A stretch of DNA of 64,000 nucleotides, taken from contig JAQGDQ010000316.1 of NCBI GenBank assembly GCA_030141605.1, forward strand, positions 62,001-126,000, written 5' to 3'. The position numbers and the translations under genes were made by a program. Shown here in pieces: positions 13,496 through 26,132 of this stretch (position 1 is the stretch's first letter; each line of letters opens with the position of its first letter). The notes under the pieces are model-generated. The model was not told the DNA's origin. It searched no databases and saw nothing but the letters and a program-made list of their open reading frames with translations. Source of the DNA: Tubiluchus corallicola. Lineage: Eukaryota; Animalia; Priapulida.

Positions 13496-16400
13496 ATGAG
13501 TATGACACAGATATTTGCATTATGTGTTTTTGCATTAATAAGCTCTTGCACGTCAGATCAAAGCAGCTGTGAACAAAGGCAAATTCAATGCGATCTTTGG
13601 TATGATGCTGGCAGTAATGTGTGTTATATAACATGTGAGTACAAGTCGAAGTCTGAACTTGCAAACGTAGATGCTCAACTAGCAAATCTAGGTGACGAGG
13701 AACACAACATTGAAATACGTCATTATAAAGACCCTGTATTACCAGATAAATTTTTTCTTGGAAACAGCCTACAAAAGGGGTTCTTAAAAATAGAATATGG
13801 AAACCTAACTCGCTTGGAAAAAAATTCGATTAATGGTCACATAGAACACTTGTATATTCAAAGCAGAAAGCTTTCTTCCATACATCCAGAGGCTTTCAAC
13901 AATATCAATTTCACTTCACTTCACATCAATTATAATGATCAGTTGACTGGAACACTGGAGTTTGATTTCTCTAACAATCCAATGTTTACAGAGTTGGACA
14001 TTGGTCTTAACAAAATTCAAGGACTCAAACCCATAAAACTTCACCACAGTTTATCAGCTGACAAGGTGAAAATCATTGCTACTTGTAAGTATATATTATA
14101 ATAAGAATATTTATCATAGTTTACGACCAAAGTTTCTACTGCTGCTGCTGCTACCACTATTGCTACTGCCGCTACAGCTACTGCTATTACTATTATTACT
14201 ACCACTACCATTACCACCACCACCACCACTACCAAAACCAACAGCCCCAATATTTGAAAGCACAAATGATTACAGTCAGAGGGGATTGTGTTATGATCAT
14301 GTGGACTCTAATCCTCACTTCACAACCCTCCACAGATTTAACAGAATTCTATAAACTTTCTAAACCAGTCCAGATGAATCACCGGAAAAGTTTTGCTGTT
14401 TTAACTGTCCTGATGAACGACCCTACAGGTTTTGATATTTAACCTGTCATGATGAACCACCCTACAGGTTTTGCTATTCAACCTGTCCTGATGAACCACC
14501 CTACAGGTTTTGACATTCAACCTGTCTTGATGAACCACGCAACAGGTTCTGCTATTCAACCTGTCCTGATGAACGACCCTACAGGTTTTGACATTCAACC
14601 TGTCCTGATGAACCACCCTACAGGTTTTGATATTCAACCTGTCCTGATGAACGACCCTACAGGTTCTGCTATTCAACCTGTCCTGATGAACGACCCTGCA
14701 GGTTCTGCTATTCAACCTGTCCTGATGAACCACCATACAGGTACTGCTGTTCAACCTGTCCTGATGAACGACCCTGCAGGTTCTGCTATTCAACCTGTCC
14801 TGATGAACGACCCTACAGGTTTTGCTATGCAACCTGTCCTGATGAACCACCCTACAGGAGTTGACATTCAACCTGTCCTGATGAACGACCCTACAGGTTT
14901 TGATATTCAACCTGTCCTGATGAACGACCCTGCAGGTTTTGCTATTCAACCTGTCCTGATGAACCACCCTACAGGTTCTGCTATTCAACCTGTCCTGATG
15001 AACCACCCTACAGGTTCTGCTGTTCAACCTGTCCTGATGAACCACCCTACAGGTTCTGCTATTCAACCTGTCCTGATGAACCATCCTACAGGTTTTGCTG
15101 TTCAACCTGTTCTGATGAACCACCCTACAGGTACTGATGTTCAACCTATCCTGATGAACCATCCTACAGGCTTTGCTATTCAATCTGTCCTGATGAACCA
15201 TCTTACAGGCTTTGCTGTTCAACCTGTCCTGATGAACCATCCTACAGACTTTGCTATTCAACCTGTCCTGATGAACCATCTTACAGGCTTTGCTGTTCAA
15301 CCTGTCCTGATGTACCATCCTACTGGCTTTTCTGTTCAAACTGTCCTGATGAACCATCCTACAGGTTTTGCTATTCAACCTCTCCTGGTGAACCACCCTA
15401 CAGGTACTGATGTTCAACCTATCCTGATGAATCATCCTACAGGCTTTGCTATTCAATCTGTCCTGATGAACCATCTTACAGGCTTTGCTGTTCAACCTGT
15501 CCTGATGAACCATCCTACAGACTTTGCTATTCAACCTGTCCTGATGAACCATCTTACAGGCTTTGCTGTTCAACCTGTCCTGATGTACCATCCCAATGGC
15601 TTTTCTGTTCAAACTGTCCTGATGAACCATCCTACAGGTTTTGCTATTCAACCTCTCCTGGTGAACCACCCTACAGGTTTCACTGTTCAACCTGTCTTAA
15701 TGATCCACCCTGCAGGTTTTGCTGTTCAGCATGTCTTGATGAACCATCCTACAGGTTTTGCTATTCAACCTGTCCTGATGAACCATCCTACAGACTTTGC
15801 TATTCAACCTGTCCTGATGAACCATCTTACAGGCTTTGCTGTTCAACCTGTCCTGATGTACCATCCTACTGGCTTTTCTGTTCAAACTGTCCTGATGAAC
15901 CATCCTACAGGTTTTGCTATTCAACCTCTCCTGGTGAACCACCCTACAGGTTTCACTGTTCAACCTGTCTTAATGATCCACCCTGCAGGTTTTGCTGTTC
16001 AGCATGTCTTGATGAACCATCCTACAGGTTTTGCTATTCAACCTGTCTTGGTGAACCACCCTGCAGGCTTTGCTGTTCAACCTGTCCTGATGAACCATCT
16101 TACAGGCTTTGCTGTTCAACCTGTCCTGATGTACCATCCTACTGGCTTTTCTGTTCAAACTGTCCTGATGAACCATCCTACAGGTTTTGCTATTCAACCT
16201 CTCCTGGTGAACCACCCTACAGGTTTCACTGTTCAACCTGTCTTAATGATCCACCCTGCAGGTTTTGCTGTTCAGCATGTCTTGATGAACCATCCTACAG
16301 GTTTTGCTATTCAACCTGTCCTGGTGAACCACCCTGCAGGCTTTGCTGTTCAACCTGTCCTGATGAACCAACCTACAGGTAGAATACTGACACACTGGCT

Positions 16401-17252
16401 AAACAACTACAAATGACATTAGCCAAGTAGCTAACACTCCACTTTGTATTTGATTATAAGGCATTCACGTTCCGAAAGCAGTTTCCCAATTCAATTTCAT
16501 CACTTTCTCAACACTTGAGGTTTGGCACGATGCCATCAATATTAGTGTTTGTTTCCATTCATACACGTAAAAGAACTCTGTTTCCAAATGAAAAGCTAAA
16601 TCTCCGTATTTAGCCTATCAAATTTGACACTAATTTCTGAAAATGAGAAACATGACAATCTGTGTGATTGCATGGTTTCTGTTTGTACGTACTTCAAATT
16701 CTTTTTTACTAATTGTTTTCTACTCGTTGCTGCACAACACGATGTAGTAAAGTTTATTGTAGATTCACAAACTACAAGGTAAATTTAGCCTCGATTTTTG
16801 AACGTTTTTTCTTTCAACTTTTAGACAACGACCTGAGATGTGACTGCGAGTTGGTCTGGATTGTTATGCTACCATGGACGAACAATCAACAAAGCAAAGT
16901 TGACTGTACATGGCCCAAAAACATCAGTGATGCTAAACTTGAGGATTTTGATTGCGATTCACCACCAATGACGATGACAACAACGACAACAACATTGACA
17001 GAAAAGACAAGGGCAGCAGAAACGCCTGAGACGCCTGTAGCAGTTTGGAAAATTGGCGTTATAACTGGAGTCTTTGCAACAATACTGTTAATTAAACTTG
17101 TACGCTGTGTTATTGTTCTTCAAAAAAGATCACAAGTAAACGATGAAAATTCATCTGGAGAACAGCAGAATGGAACAGAAGAAGTTACAGCACAACCACA
17201 AGCTTCACATCTCGATGTTGGTCCAGTAGGTGCAAAACCAGCTGATGCTTAA
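13496..17252 (+). CDS. Type I membrane LRR protein (signal peptide, ~4-5 LRRs, LRRCT, Thr-rich stalk, TM, short tail); exons 13496-14084 and 16825-17252, 338 aa
   Basis: Hydrophobic N-terminus; LRR-like IEHLYIQSRKLSSIHPEAF, FTSLHINYNDQL, FTELDIGLNKI; donor T|GTAAGT at 14084 and acceptor TTTTAG|AC at 16825, both phase 1; NDLRCDCELVWI...C.WP (LRRCT); TTTTTT stalk; IGVITGVFATILLI TM segment. Confidence 0.8.
14403..16380. repeat. 39-bp minisatellite, ~51 copies, inside the LRR gene intron
   Basis: Unit CAACCTGTCCTGATGAACCACCCTACAGGTTTTGCTATT; the 3' part shows a 7-unit (273-bp) higher-order repeat. Confidence 0.95.
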
Positions 17253-17927
17253 ATGAAAACTGGCCGAGTGCAGAATAAAAAATGTTCCAAAATATTGAAA
17301 ACTGGAATAGCCTATTTTAAATCAAAGCTTAAATTAAATAATGATTACCTCTGATACTCAAATTTTGTTGAACTTTGAAAGTTACTTGCGACTCAGTGTG
17401 GCTCGTGATGTGTTGTGAACAGCCGAGAGGGCATAGCAAACTAGCAAATCTTTATTTATAAAATTGAATATTTATTAAACATCATATACAAGTGTAAATA
17501 ACGAGGAAAACAGCCTAGCCCTCACTCACTGGATCAGCTTCCTAATCTTCCTGCCGGCTCCAACTCATTTTGTTTAATATCCTAGTGCGCACTGAACTTC
17601 TGCGCATAGGAGCTGCGTCATCAAATCTACAATCGTGACGTGGTGGGTCAGATATCAGCTGATCGTCACGTGATGTTCCACACCTACCTCGGCTTCTGGC
17701 TGAGACAATAATTTAATCTTGAATTGTCAGTTTGAAATACATTCCCTTTACTCTAGGTTAAGTCATGTATCAGCATTTATCCAAAAGGAGACACGACTCT
17801 GCGCCGCCAAATTTTGTCAATTCATTTGGAAAGTTACTCTTACATGGTATGATGATTGCCAATGTCAGGTGCAATTTTCTCCTCAAATCACGTCGCATTG
17901 TTTGATAAACTGACATTCTCAGTTCTC

Positions 17928-18330
17928 AGTTTATACTAAATGACTCTAATATTCTCTATCAGGATTGATATAGCACTGAAGCGTTACCATTGGCGTCATC
18001 ATCAACACCTGTTTAGTTTATACTAAATGACTCTAATATTCTCTATCAGGATTGATATAGCACCGAAGCGTTACCATTGGCGTCATCATCAACACCTGTT
18101 TAGTTTATACTAAATGACTCTAATATTCTCTATCAGGATTGATATAGCACTGAAGCGTTACCATTGGCGTCATCATCAACACCTGTTTAGTTTATACTAA
18201 ATGACTCTAATATTCTCTATCAGGATTGATATAGCACTGAAGCGTTACCATTGGCGTCATCATCAACACCTGTTTAGTTTATACTAAATGACTCTAATAT
18301 TCTCTATCAGGATTGATATAGCACCGAAGC
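17928..18330. repeat. 87-bp tandem repeat, ~4.6 copies
   Basis: AGTTTATACTAAATGACTCTAATATTCTCTATCAGG... recurs at 17928, 18015, 18102, 18189 and 18276. Confidence 0.93.
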
Positions 18331-19075
18331 TCATGTTCACAATCCTCTAAAATAAAGATTCTCTGCCCATTTGGTATCATTGATTTTAGTTGGCATCGTT
18401 CTTTGTCGTAATCACCATCATTACCATTGGCATCATCGTCATTATCATCGTCGTAGTCCGTGTCGTTACCACCATCATCATCATTGCTGTTGTCATCGTC
18501 TCCTTCATAATCATCATCTTTTTCTTCATCACATTGTTATCAGAGTAATCTCAATCTTCCTTAACACAGATTTAATATTAATAATTGCTATGTATTCTTG
18601 TATTGTTGTAATTCCTGGAATTTAGGGGGGGGACAGCTTCAGTGCTGAGTTTAAAACATGCAGCCATCTAAACATCATTTTTCACACCTGTCTGAGCGCC
18701 AGTGACATCAGGAAACACTGCTGTAGCAGCCGTTTCTAGTACCTGGCACCAGGGTGTTCCTTGATCATCCCCTGTTCCGCTACGCATCGGAAATGCCACT
18801 AATGACACGAATGGGACTCTCTGCAGGTGTGCCAAACTTACCTATGTAATAAACGTGCAACAGTTGTTTTCCAATTTATTTGTCACAAAGTTTTTTCCAC
18901 AATTAAAAGAGGCTTTATTGAAATACTGCGCCACATTCTTATCAAAACTTGACTATTTTGACGCCCTTGTCACCTCGGGAACCACGCAGTTTGACTGTAA
19001 AAATCAAGAGCAGGAAGTGATATCTGAACTGACATTGCATTGACATCGGATTGATATCTTTAGTTCCTGTGCTTC

Positions 19076-20772
19076 TTGTTTCCGGCTACTTTAGCAGTAA
19101 CTGCTGCGTTTATGATACTGGCCCCGGTGCAATTTTATGGACTTGGTCAAGAATGCGATCTCCATTCACATGATGATAATGTGGAGATCAACGACCCATT
19201 TGTAGATGCTTACATAAAGGAAACTGATGCTGTGCAGGGCAATATCATTGCTACTTTTATTTATATGAAGGCGACCCAAAAATCGTGGAGTCTGGCAACC
19301 TCTATCAGTGCTTCCAGCTACTTGTTGATGGAACGGATTTGAAAATTTCTTTAAAATGTAACATTGGTAAGCAGCTGTATGAGGGAATTACTTTGCACGT
19401 TTTTGAGATGGACTGTAGCAATGGCGTTGGCAGGCCAACAGATGTAACGGTTCATGTAGCGGACGAGAATACCAATCCACCAATTTTCAACCAAAATTTC
19501 TATTCTTCTTCAATATCGAAACTGACACAACCTGGAACTACGATATTTACCAAGATACAAGCAACGGATGAAGACTTGGTGGTACAGAACTAGCCTATTA
19601 CATTCTCTTTCACTTCCGGCAAATGAAGATGGCTTGTTTTCAATCTTTTAAATCCTTGCAGATCCCGGATGGTGAATATCATGGACATGTCATCCTGGAA
19701 CATTTGTAGGAATATAATATTCTGGCAAAGTTTTATAACTTGATGATTGAAGCATCAGACGGTATCCACCGAGCATATGCTACCCTTGTCATGAATGTGG
19801 ATGATGAAGATAACTTACCTTCAAAATTTAGTCAAGACATTTACAAAGCAACATTGAATGAGAAGGAACCATTGGCATCATCATCGAATTTGGTAAGACA
19901 ATATTTGCTTACAATATGGATGAAGGCGTGAGCAGTCTCATTAATTACATGACTGTCCACATTGAACGTAACGGCTATTTGGCAATGGATACAGAAAGTG
20001 GGAAGTTGTCTACTACGGAAAAGATCGACAGGGATGATCCAAGTAGTGGCGTACAACAATTTACTGAACTGATTAGAGCTTTTCAGGTGAATAATTTATG
20101 TGATACGCATGCGTACATTGAACTTCAAGTCCAATGCATTAATGACCATGCTCCTTTATTTAATCCCATAGATTTAACACAGGATTTGCAGGAAAATCCA
20201 CTTCTCGGGACACAAGTTGCATGTGTTTTTGAGTAAGACATCAATGATAGTATAAATGCTGAGTTCACTTATAGACTGGTACCTAACCAATACAGCACTT
20301 GCTTTGCCATTGACGAAACTGCAGGTGACATTACTGTTAAAGAACCTAGTAAAATTAATCAACAAAAACAAGCACATTTACTGTAACAGTAGAAACTGTC
20401 TAAGCAGTCGTCTCATCTGCTCCAGCAGTAGTAACCGTCGCTGTCACTAATGTTAACGATAACAACCCACAGTTTACTGAGTCACAATATGGTTTTTACG
20501 TTCAGCAGTCCCTTCTGTCTGGCATTAGAGTTGGTATGGTTATTGCCACAGATGTCGATGAAGGACCCAATGCCCAAATTTTGAAAAACATCCTGCAAGA
20601 AGACAAGCCCTTTAGAATTTAAACAACCAACCTCTGCGAAGGCACAGCTGAAGGAGTTATCTACACCGCTGAACCAGTCATTGTTCCAGGTGAAGGTTTT
20701 AGCTTGACTATTGTAGCAAATGAATCAGTCACTCAATGAGAATGAACGTCGGTCTAATGCAGCAATTGTGAA
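19076..20772 (+). pseudogene. Intronless cadherin-family pseudogene (about 5 EC repeats)
   Basis: Cadherin Ca-binding motifs across shifting frames: DENTNPPIF, QATDED, EASDG, DEDNLPSKF, IDRD, INDHAPLF, VNDNNPQF, ATDVDEGPNA; several stops and frameshifts; ends at an (ATT)n tract. Confidence 0.85.
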
Positions 20773-20773
20773 C

Positions 20774-20810
20774 ATTATTATTATTATTATTATTGTTGTT
20801 GTTGTTGTTG

Positions 20811-20899
<89 letters not shown>

Positions 20900-20945
20900 T
20901 TTATTTTTATTATTATTATTATTATTATTATTACTGTTATTATTA
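20774..20945. repeat. (ATT)n/(GTT)n microsatellite
   Basis: Read directly. Confidence 0.95.
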
Positions 20946-21459
20946 CCAATATTATTAATTTTATTGTTATCGTTGTTGTACAGATTTTCGATTTTTTTGC
21001 ACAGCTTTGGTATTATATTCCTTTTGTCCAAAGAACTGTAAACTATCAACAGGAATTTTTTGGTCTAATAAAACAACTATGACTTATGGTGCGTAAAATA
21101 ACCTTTTGCTAGGCGGTACAAAAACAACAAGTAGTTTATACAATGATTTATATTGCAGTATTCTACAGTATGTATGTACAGTTTTGTATATTCGGGCATT
21201 ACAGTATGCTACGTTTCTAGTCTTGTTCGTGGTTGTTGATAGAATAAAGCAGTATAACAAAGACCAACTTTCACAGATTTTAGTCGTGCGTCGCGCTTTA
21301 TCTAACTCTATTCTGTGTTTCAAGTTTGCACTTTTAGCTTGACACGTGAGTTTTCTTTAATGTCGTGCTTTTGTCGAGAAAGTTCTTTCGAAAGTGCATA
21401 AATTTGTATAGCACTCTTGAAAGCATTTCTACCAGGTTGCATTTTTGAAAATGGACAGT

Positions 21460-21720
21460 TGCGTCAGCATGAATTTGAGTACATGAACTTAGGGCAGCAC
21501 ATGGATTTTCATTAGACGGTTGAATGCATAAATTTGTGACATTACATTTAAATTCATAAATTTAGGTCATCACGTTTGCATACACGGCTTAGGTGCGGCA
21601 TTTCTAGTAAATAAATTTGGACAGCACACCTACATGCCTGAGTTTAGAGTAGCACCCTTGAATTTATGGATTTAGGGTAGAACATCTGAATGTATGAGCT
21701 TAGGGCAGCTTTTTTAAAAG
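21460..21720. repeat. Degenerate copies of the 28-bp repeat found at 25730-26132
   Basis: Recurrent ATG(A/G)A(C/T)TTAGGGCAGC-like words at irregular spacing. Confidence 0.6.
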
Positions 21721-22135
21721 CATGACTTCGTTGTAGTATTCGATCTTGAATAATACTCATCTAGGTGCCGTGCAAAAAACTGATGTCATTATTTTTAAAA
21801 GAAATTGAAGTATTGAAATTTACATCTTTGGAGGTTTTACCAATAGGTTTTATTTTAGTTTTGTGTATTTAAAAAAAATAATATTAAATGCTGATTGACG
21901 ATGGGGTTTTACTTGGAGATAAAATAAGACTTGATAAGAACTTAACTGGTTTTTCAAAGAGAGAGATTTTCCGAGTGGTCACAGTTAATCAAGGCTGAAG
22001 TTAAGCAATTTCAAGCCTGGTTAGGAATCTGTCTATCTTGCTGAGAGTAAATGCAAATAAAACCACACATGGTCAAAATACCTTTTTTAAGTTTATTGTC
22101 TCATGTCAGAGAATTGTTCTTAACTAGGGAATTAA

Positions 22136-24262
22136 GAGTCATTCCGTGAGAAAATCAGCAAAATAGTGGAAGGTGACAAATCACCGATTTTGTTCATATT
22201 CACAGGGTTTGATGGCCCCCTCAGATGTACCCCACAGCCAAAATATTAGATATCAAAAATGAGCCGTTTCGGAGATAGGCCGCCATTTCGATTTTTTTCG
22301 GATTTTGGCCATTTTGGCGTAAAAAATTGCCAATTATTTCTCACGTTATTACAGACAGTAAATGAGCGATCCAGCACTAGTTAATTGGTGATATATATAG
22401 TAGGGGTCTTACCCTACCGTACCATTATCGTTGCCAAATTGAACCTCCTTTTTAGTTGGTGTCATCAGCTTGCAAAAGATACGTGTCTGCTGCTGCTGAA
22501 TTTAGACGCCATTTTGAAATCCCCGTAACTCCACTGGGGCGGGTATTGGGGGACTAATCAATATATTTTTATTTGCAGCTTGACTGGTCCTACAAATGCA
22601 TGAAATAAAATTTTGGCCAGCGATCTCCCAAGTGTCCAGAATTTTTAGCCAAAGTTGCTCTTTTTTGCGATTTTCACAACCTTGACCTATATTTAGCTAT
22701 TCGCCTTTGGATGACGGTGTTGCCATTAGAATCGATACAAAGTGCAGCAACGTCAATGTTTATAGTAGTAATGGACTGGCTTTAGATGTCTGGGCACTCC
22801 TAGCAACCAGGCCCCTCATCAGGGGGGCACATTCCCTTCGAAGGGCCCCTGTCACGATTATAACATAGTGATTTTTATAATCTGTATAAAACACGGAATA
22901 GTTTCATGTACATAATAACAGTTTCGTGTACAAGTGCTCGGGCTATATACCTATGGCCCGTGGATCAATACGGGGGCCTCGGGAGGGCCCCACTGTCTTG
23001 ACTGAAAAATAGACTTCAGTCAAAAAGGTTTAGTGTCGCTTTGCTAAACAAGATTCTAAAGTAAGGCGGACAAGGCGAGGCAAAGCACTATTTGTTAAAT
23101 TGTGTTGAAACCGCCGCGAGCATCGAATATAACATGTTGCGAGTCAATTTTTAAAACGCGCACAGCTTTGTGTGGTCTTGTATTCAACAGGCGAATAGCT
23201 GTCAGTCCCTGATATTTTTCCTCAAATCAATTCGAGTTAATAGTTAGTTAGTTACTAATACCTTGGTGTGGCAACTTTGGCAGCTTCGACAACCAGACTT
23301 CTGCTTACTAACAACGGGCATTAACAAAAAAACTGGTTAAGAAATGCAGCAAAGGCCAGTACGACCCTGCCTCGGCCGTTACATACTAATTCCGACTGTG
23401 CAACGTATGTTTCAAGCCATTCGCTCATATTGTATTTAACCACCAGGTTTCCGCCGTCTCGTAAAGATATACGCATATACACCGACTACCATATTCAACT
23501 AAGCTCTAACGAGAATCAGGGCGCTGACGCTTATAATCGCAAATTTTCAAAATAACAAAAAGACAACAACAAATTCTTTACGTCCACGACTATTTTTTAT
23601 TCGCCAATATTCAATGAAAAGTCGCACTATAGTAAATAATAATAAGCTAATAATTGATAATACATACAGTAAGCTGCTACTATGTGTTGCTATGGTAACC
23701 TCCTTATCAAAAGAGACACAGAGAGACAGAGAGAGACAGAGAGAAACACAGAGAGACAGAGAGAGAGAGACACAGAGAGGCAGAGAGAGAGAGTTACAGA
23801 GAGACAGAGAGAGACACAGAGAGACAGATTATTATTATTATTATAATTCTTTATTTAAAATTTAAAATTGAACGCATATACAGATATTTACATAAAATAC
23901 ATACAGGACTTTTGACAGCGTCTGGTTGGATGGTCTACTGTTTAAGAGAGACAGAGAGACAGAGAGAGAGAGAGAGAGAGACAGAGAGAGACACAGAGAG
24001 ACAGAGACAGAGAGAGTTACAGAGAGACACAGAGAGCCACATAGAGACAGAGAGAGACGGAAAGAGACAGAGAGAGACACAGAGAGACACACAGATAGAG
24101 ACAGAGAGAGACACAGAGAGACAGAGACAGAGAGGCAGAGAGACAGAGAGAGAGACAGAGACAGAGAGAGACACAGAGAGACGGAAAGAGACAGAGAGAT
24201 ACACAGAGAGACGGAAAGAGACAGAGAGAGACACAGATAGAGACACAGAGAGACAGAGAGAG

Positions 24263-24301
<39 letters not shown>

Positions 24302-25587
24302 CAGAGAGAGACACAGAGAGACAGAGACAGAGAGGCAGAAAGAGACACAGAGAGACAGAGAGAGACACGGAGAGACACAGAGAGACAGAGAGAGAGACAC
24401 AGAGAGACATAGAGAGACAAGAGAGACAGAGAGAGACACAGAGAGACAGAGAGAGACACAGAGAGACAGAGAGAGAGAGACACAGAGAGATAGAGAGAGA
24501 GAGAGACACAGAGAGAGAGACAGAGACAGAGGCACAGAGAGACAGAGAGAGAGATACAGAGAGACAGAGAGAGAGAGAGAGACACAGAGAGACACACAGA
24601 GAGAGAGAGAGACACACAGAGAGACAGAGAGAGAGGCACAGAGAGACAGAGAGAGACACAGAGAGACAGAGAGAGAGAGAGACACAGAGAGACAGAGAAA
24701 GACACAGAGAGAGAGAGAGACACAGAGAGATTGAGAGAGACACAGAGAGACAGAGAGAGACACAGAGAGATTGAGAGAGACACAACAGAGAGACACAGAG
24801 AGACAAAGAGACAGGGAGAGACAGAGAGAGAGGCAGAGAGAGACATGGAGAGACAGAGAGAGACACAGAGAGCAGGCGAGAGACACAGAGAGACAGAGAG
24901 ACAGGGAGAGACAAAGAGAGAGACAGAGAGAGAGAGAGAGACAGAGAGAGAGACACAGAGAGACAGAAACGGTAATTTATCGTTTCTTTTTGAAATTTTC
25001 ATTTTTTTTTATTCAGAATTATGAATAATTCGTACTAATTTTTTCCGATTTAGGTCACATTCAAGATCGAATCTCGTCAATTTATGGACGAGCTGGCCAA
25101 AATTTTATTAATGATCTAAGTATGCCTGGTCAAGCTGTAAATAAACATATATTAACTATACTTCAAATACCCGCCCCAGTGGAGTTACGAGAATTTTAAA
25201 ACAGGGTGTCATTCAGACTGTAGCAGACACGCATCTTTCATGAGCTCATGATACCTACTGAAAGAGAATCTCAATTCATCAAACTCAATGTGGCAATAGG
25301 GCAAGACCCCTACTATATATACCACCCAGCAACTAGTCCTGGATCATTCATTTACTGCCTGTAATGATGTGACAAATATAGGTCATTTTTTACGTCAAAA
25401 TGGCCAAAATCCGAAAAAAAATCAAAATGGCGGCCTATCTCCGAAACGGCTCATTTTTGATGTCTAATATTTTGGCTGTGGGGTACATCTGAGGGGATCA
25501 TCCAACCCTGTGAATATGAACAAAATCGGTGATTTGTCACCTTCCACTATTTTTTGACTTTTGCATGGTTTTCTCGCGGAATGACTC
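22136..25587. mobile_element. Non-autonomous long-TIR DNA transposon, Sola3-like
   Basis: TTAA at 22132-22135 and 25588-25591; termini GAG...CTC; inverted repeats of ~490 bp (22136-~22625 vs ~25090-25587), near-perfect in the outer ~190 bp; no transposase seen. Confidence 0.8.
23712..24967. repeat. Large degenerate (GA)/(GACA) microsatellite inside the transposon
   Basis: Blocks at 23712-23826 and 23945-24967; source of the RETER/SLSLC ORFs. Confidence 0.95.
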
Positions 25588-25729
25588 TTAACATGCAACT
25601 TTTTCACGAATTGAATACGACCAACAATAATACTTTTAGTAATTTTGTGCATTGCACGTGTATTTTCCTAAAGCAGGTCACTGTATTGGTTAGTAAGAAA
25701 ACTATTTGTACCCCTAAACCTTTAAGCGA

Positions 25730-26132
25730 ATTTGGATGCATAGATTTAGAGCATCACATTTGGATGCATAGATTTAGGCTACATCATTTGGATGCATGAA
25801 TTTAGGGCAGCACATTGGATGTATAGATTTAGAGCAACACATTTGGATGTGCAGATTTAGGGCAGCACATTTGGATGTGTAGATTTAGGGCAGCAAATTT
25901 GAATGCATGAATTTAGGGCAGCACATTTGGATGCATAGATTTAGGGCAGCACATTTGGATGCATAGATTTAGGGCAGCACATTTGGATGTATAGATTTAG
26001 GGCAGCACATTTTTATGCATAGATTTAAGGTATCACGAATTTAGGGCATCACTTTTGAATACAATGATTTAGGGCAGTACTTTTGAATACAATGATTTAG
26101 GGAAGCACATGTGTATGTATGATTTAGGGCAG
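25730..26132. repeat. 28-bp minisatellite, ~14 copies
   Basis: Unit TTAGGGCAGCACATTTGGATGCATAGAT. Confidence 0.9.

Noticed and set aside
14449-16416. 655-aa and 429-aa repeat ORFs as stand-alone genes
   Set aside because: They result from a 39-bp unit lacking stops on both strands and lie inside the LRR gene intron; only the cassette-exon possibility is kept as a finding.
17411-17707. Solo LTR candidate in minus orientation
   Set aside because: TG...CA ends are plausible but there is no TSD, PBS or PPT.
23614-25028. Long RETER / SLSLC ORFs
   Set aside because: Microsatellite translations; the same applies to ORFs at 8148-8493, 20720-21082, 28611-28848 and 44553-44903.
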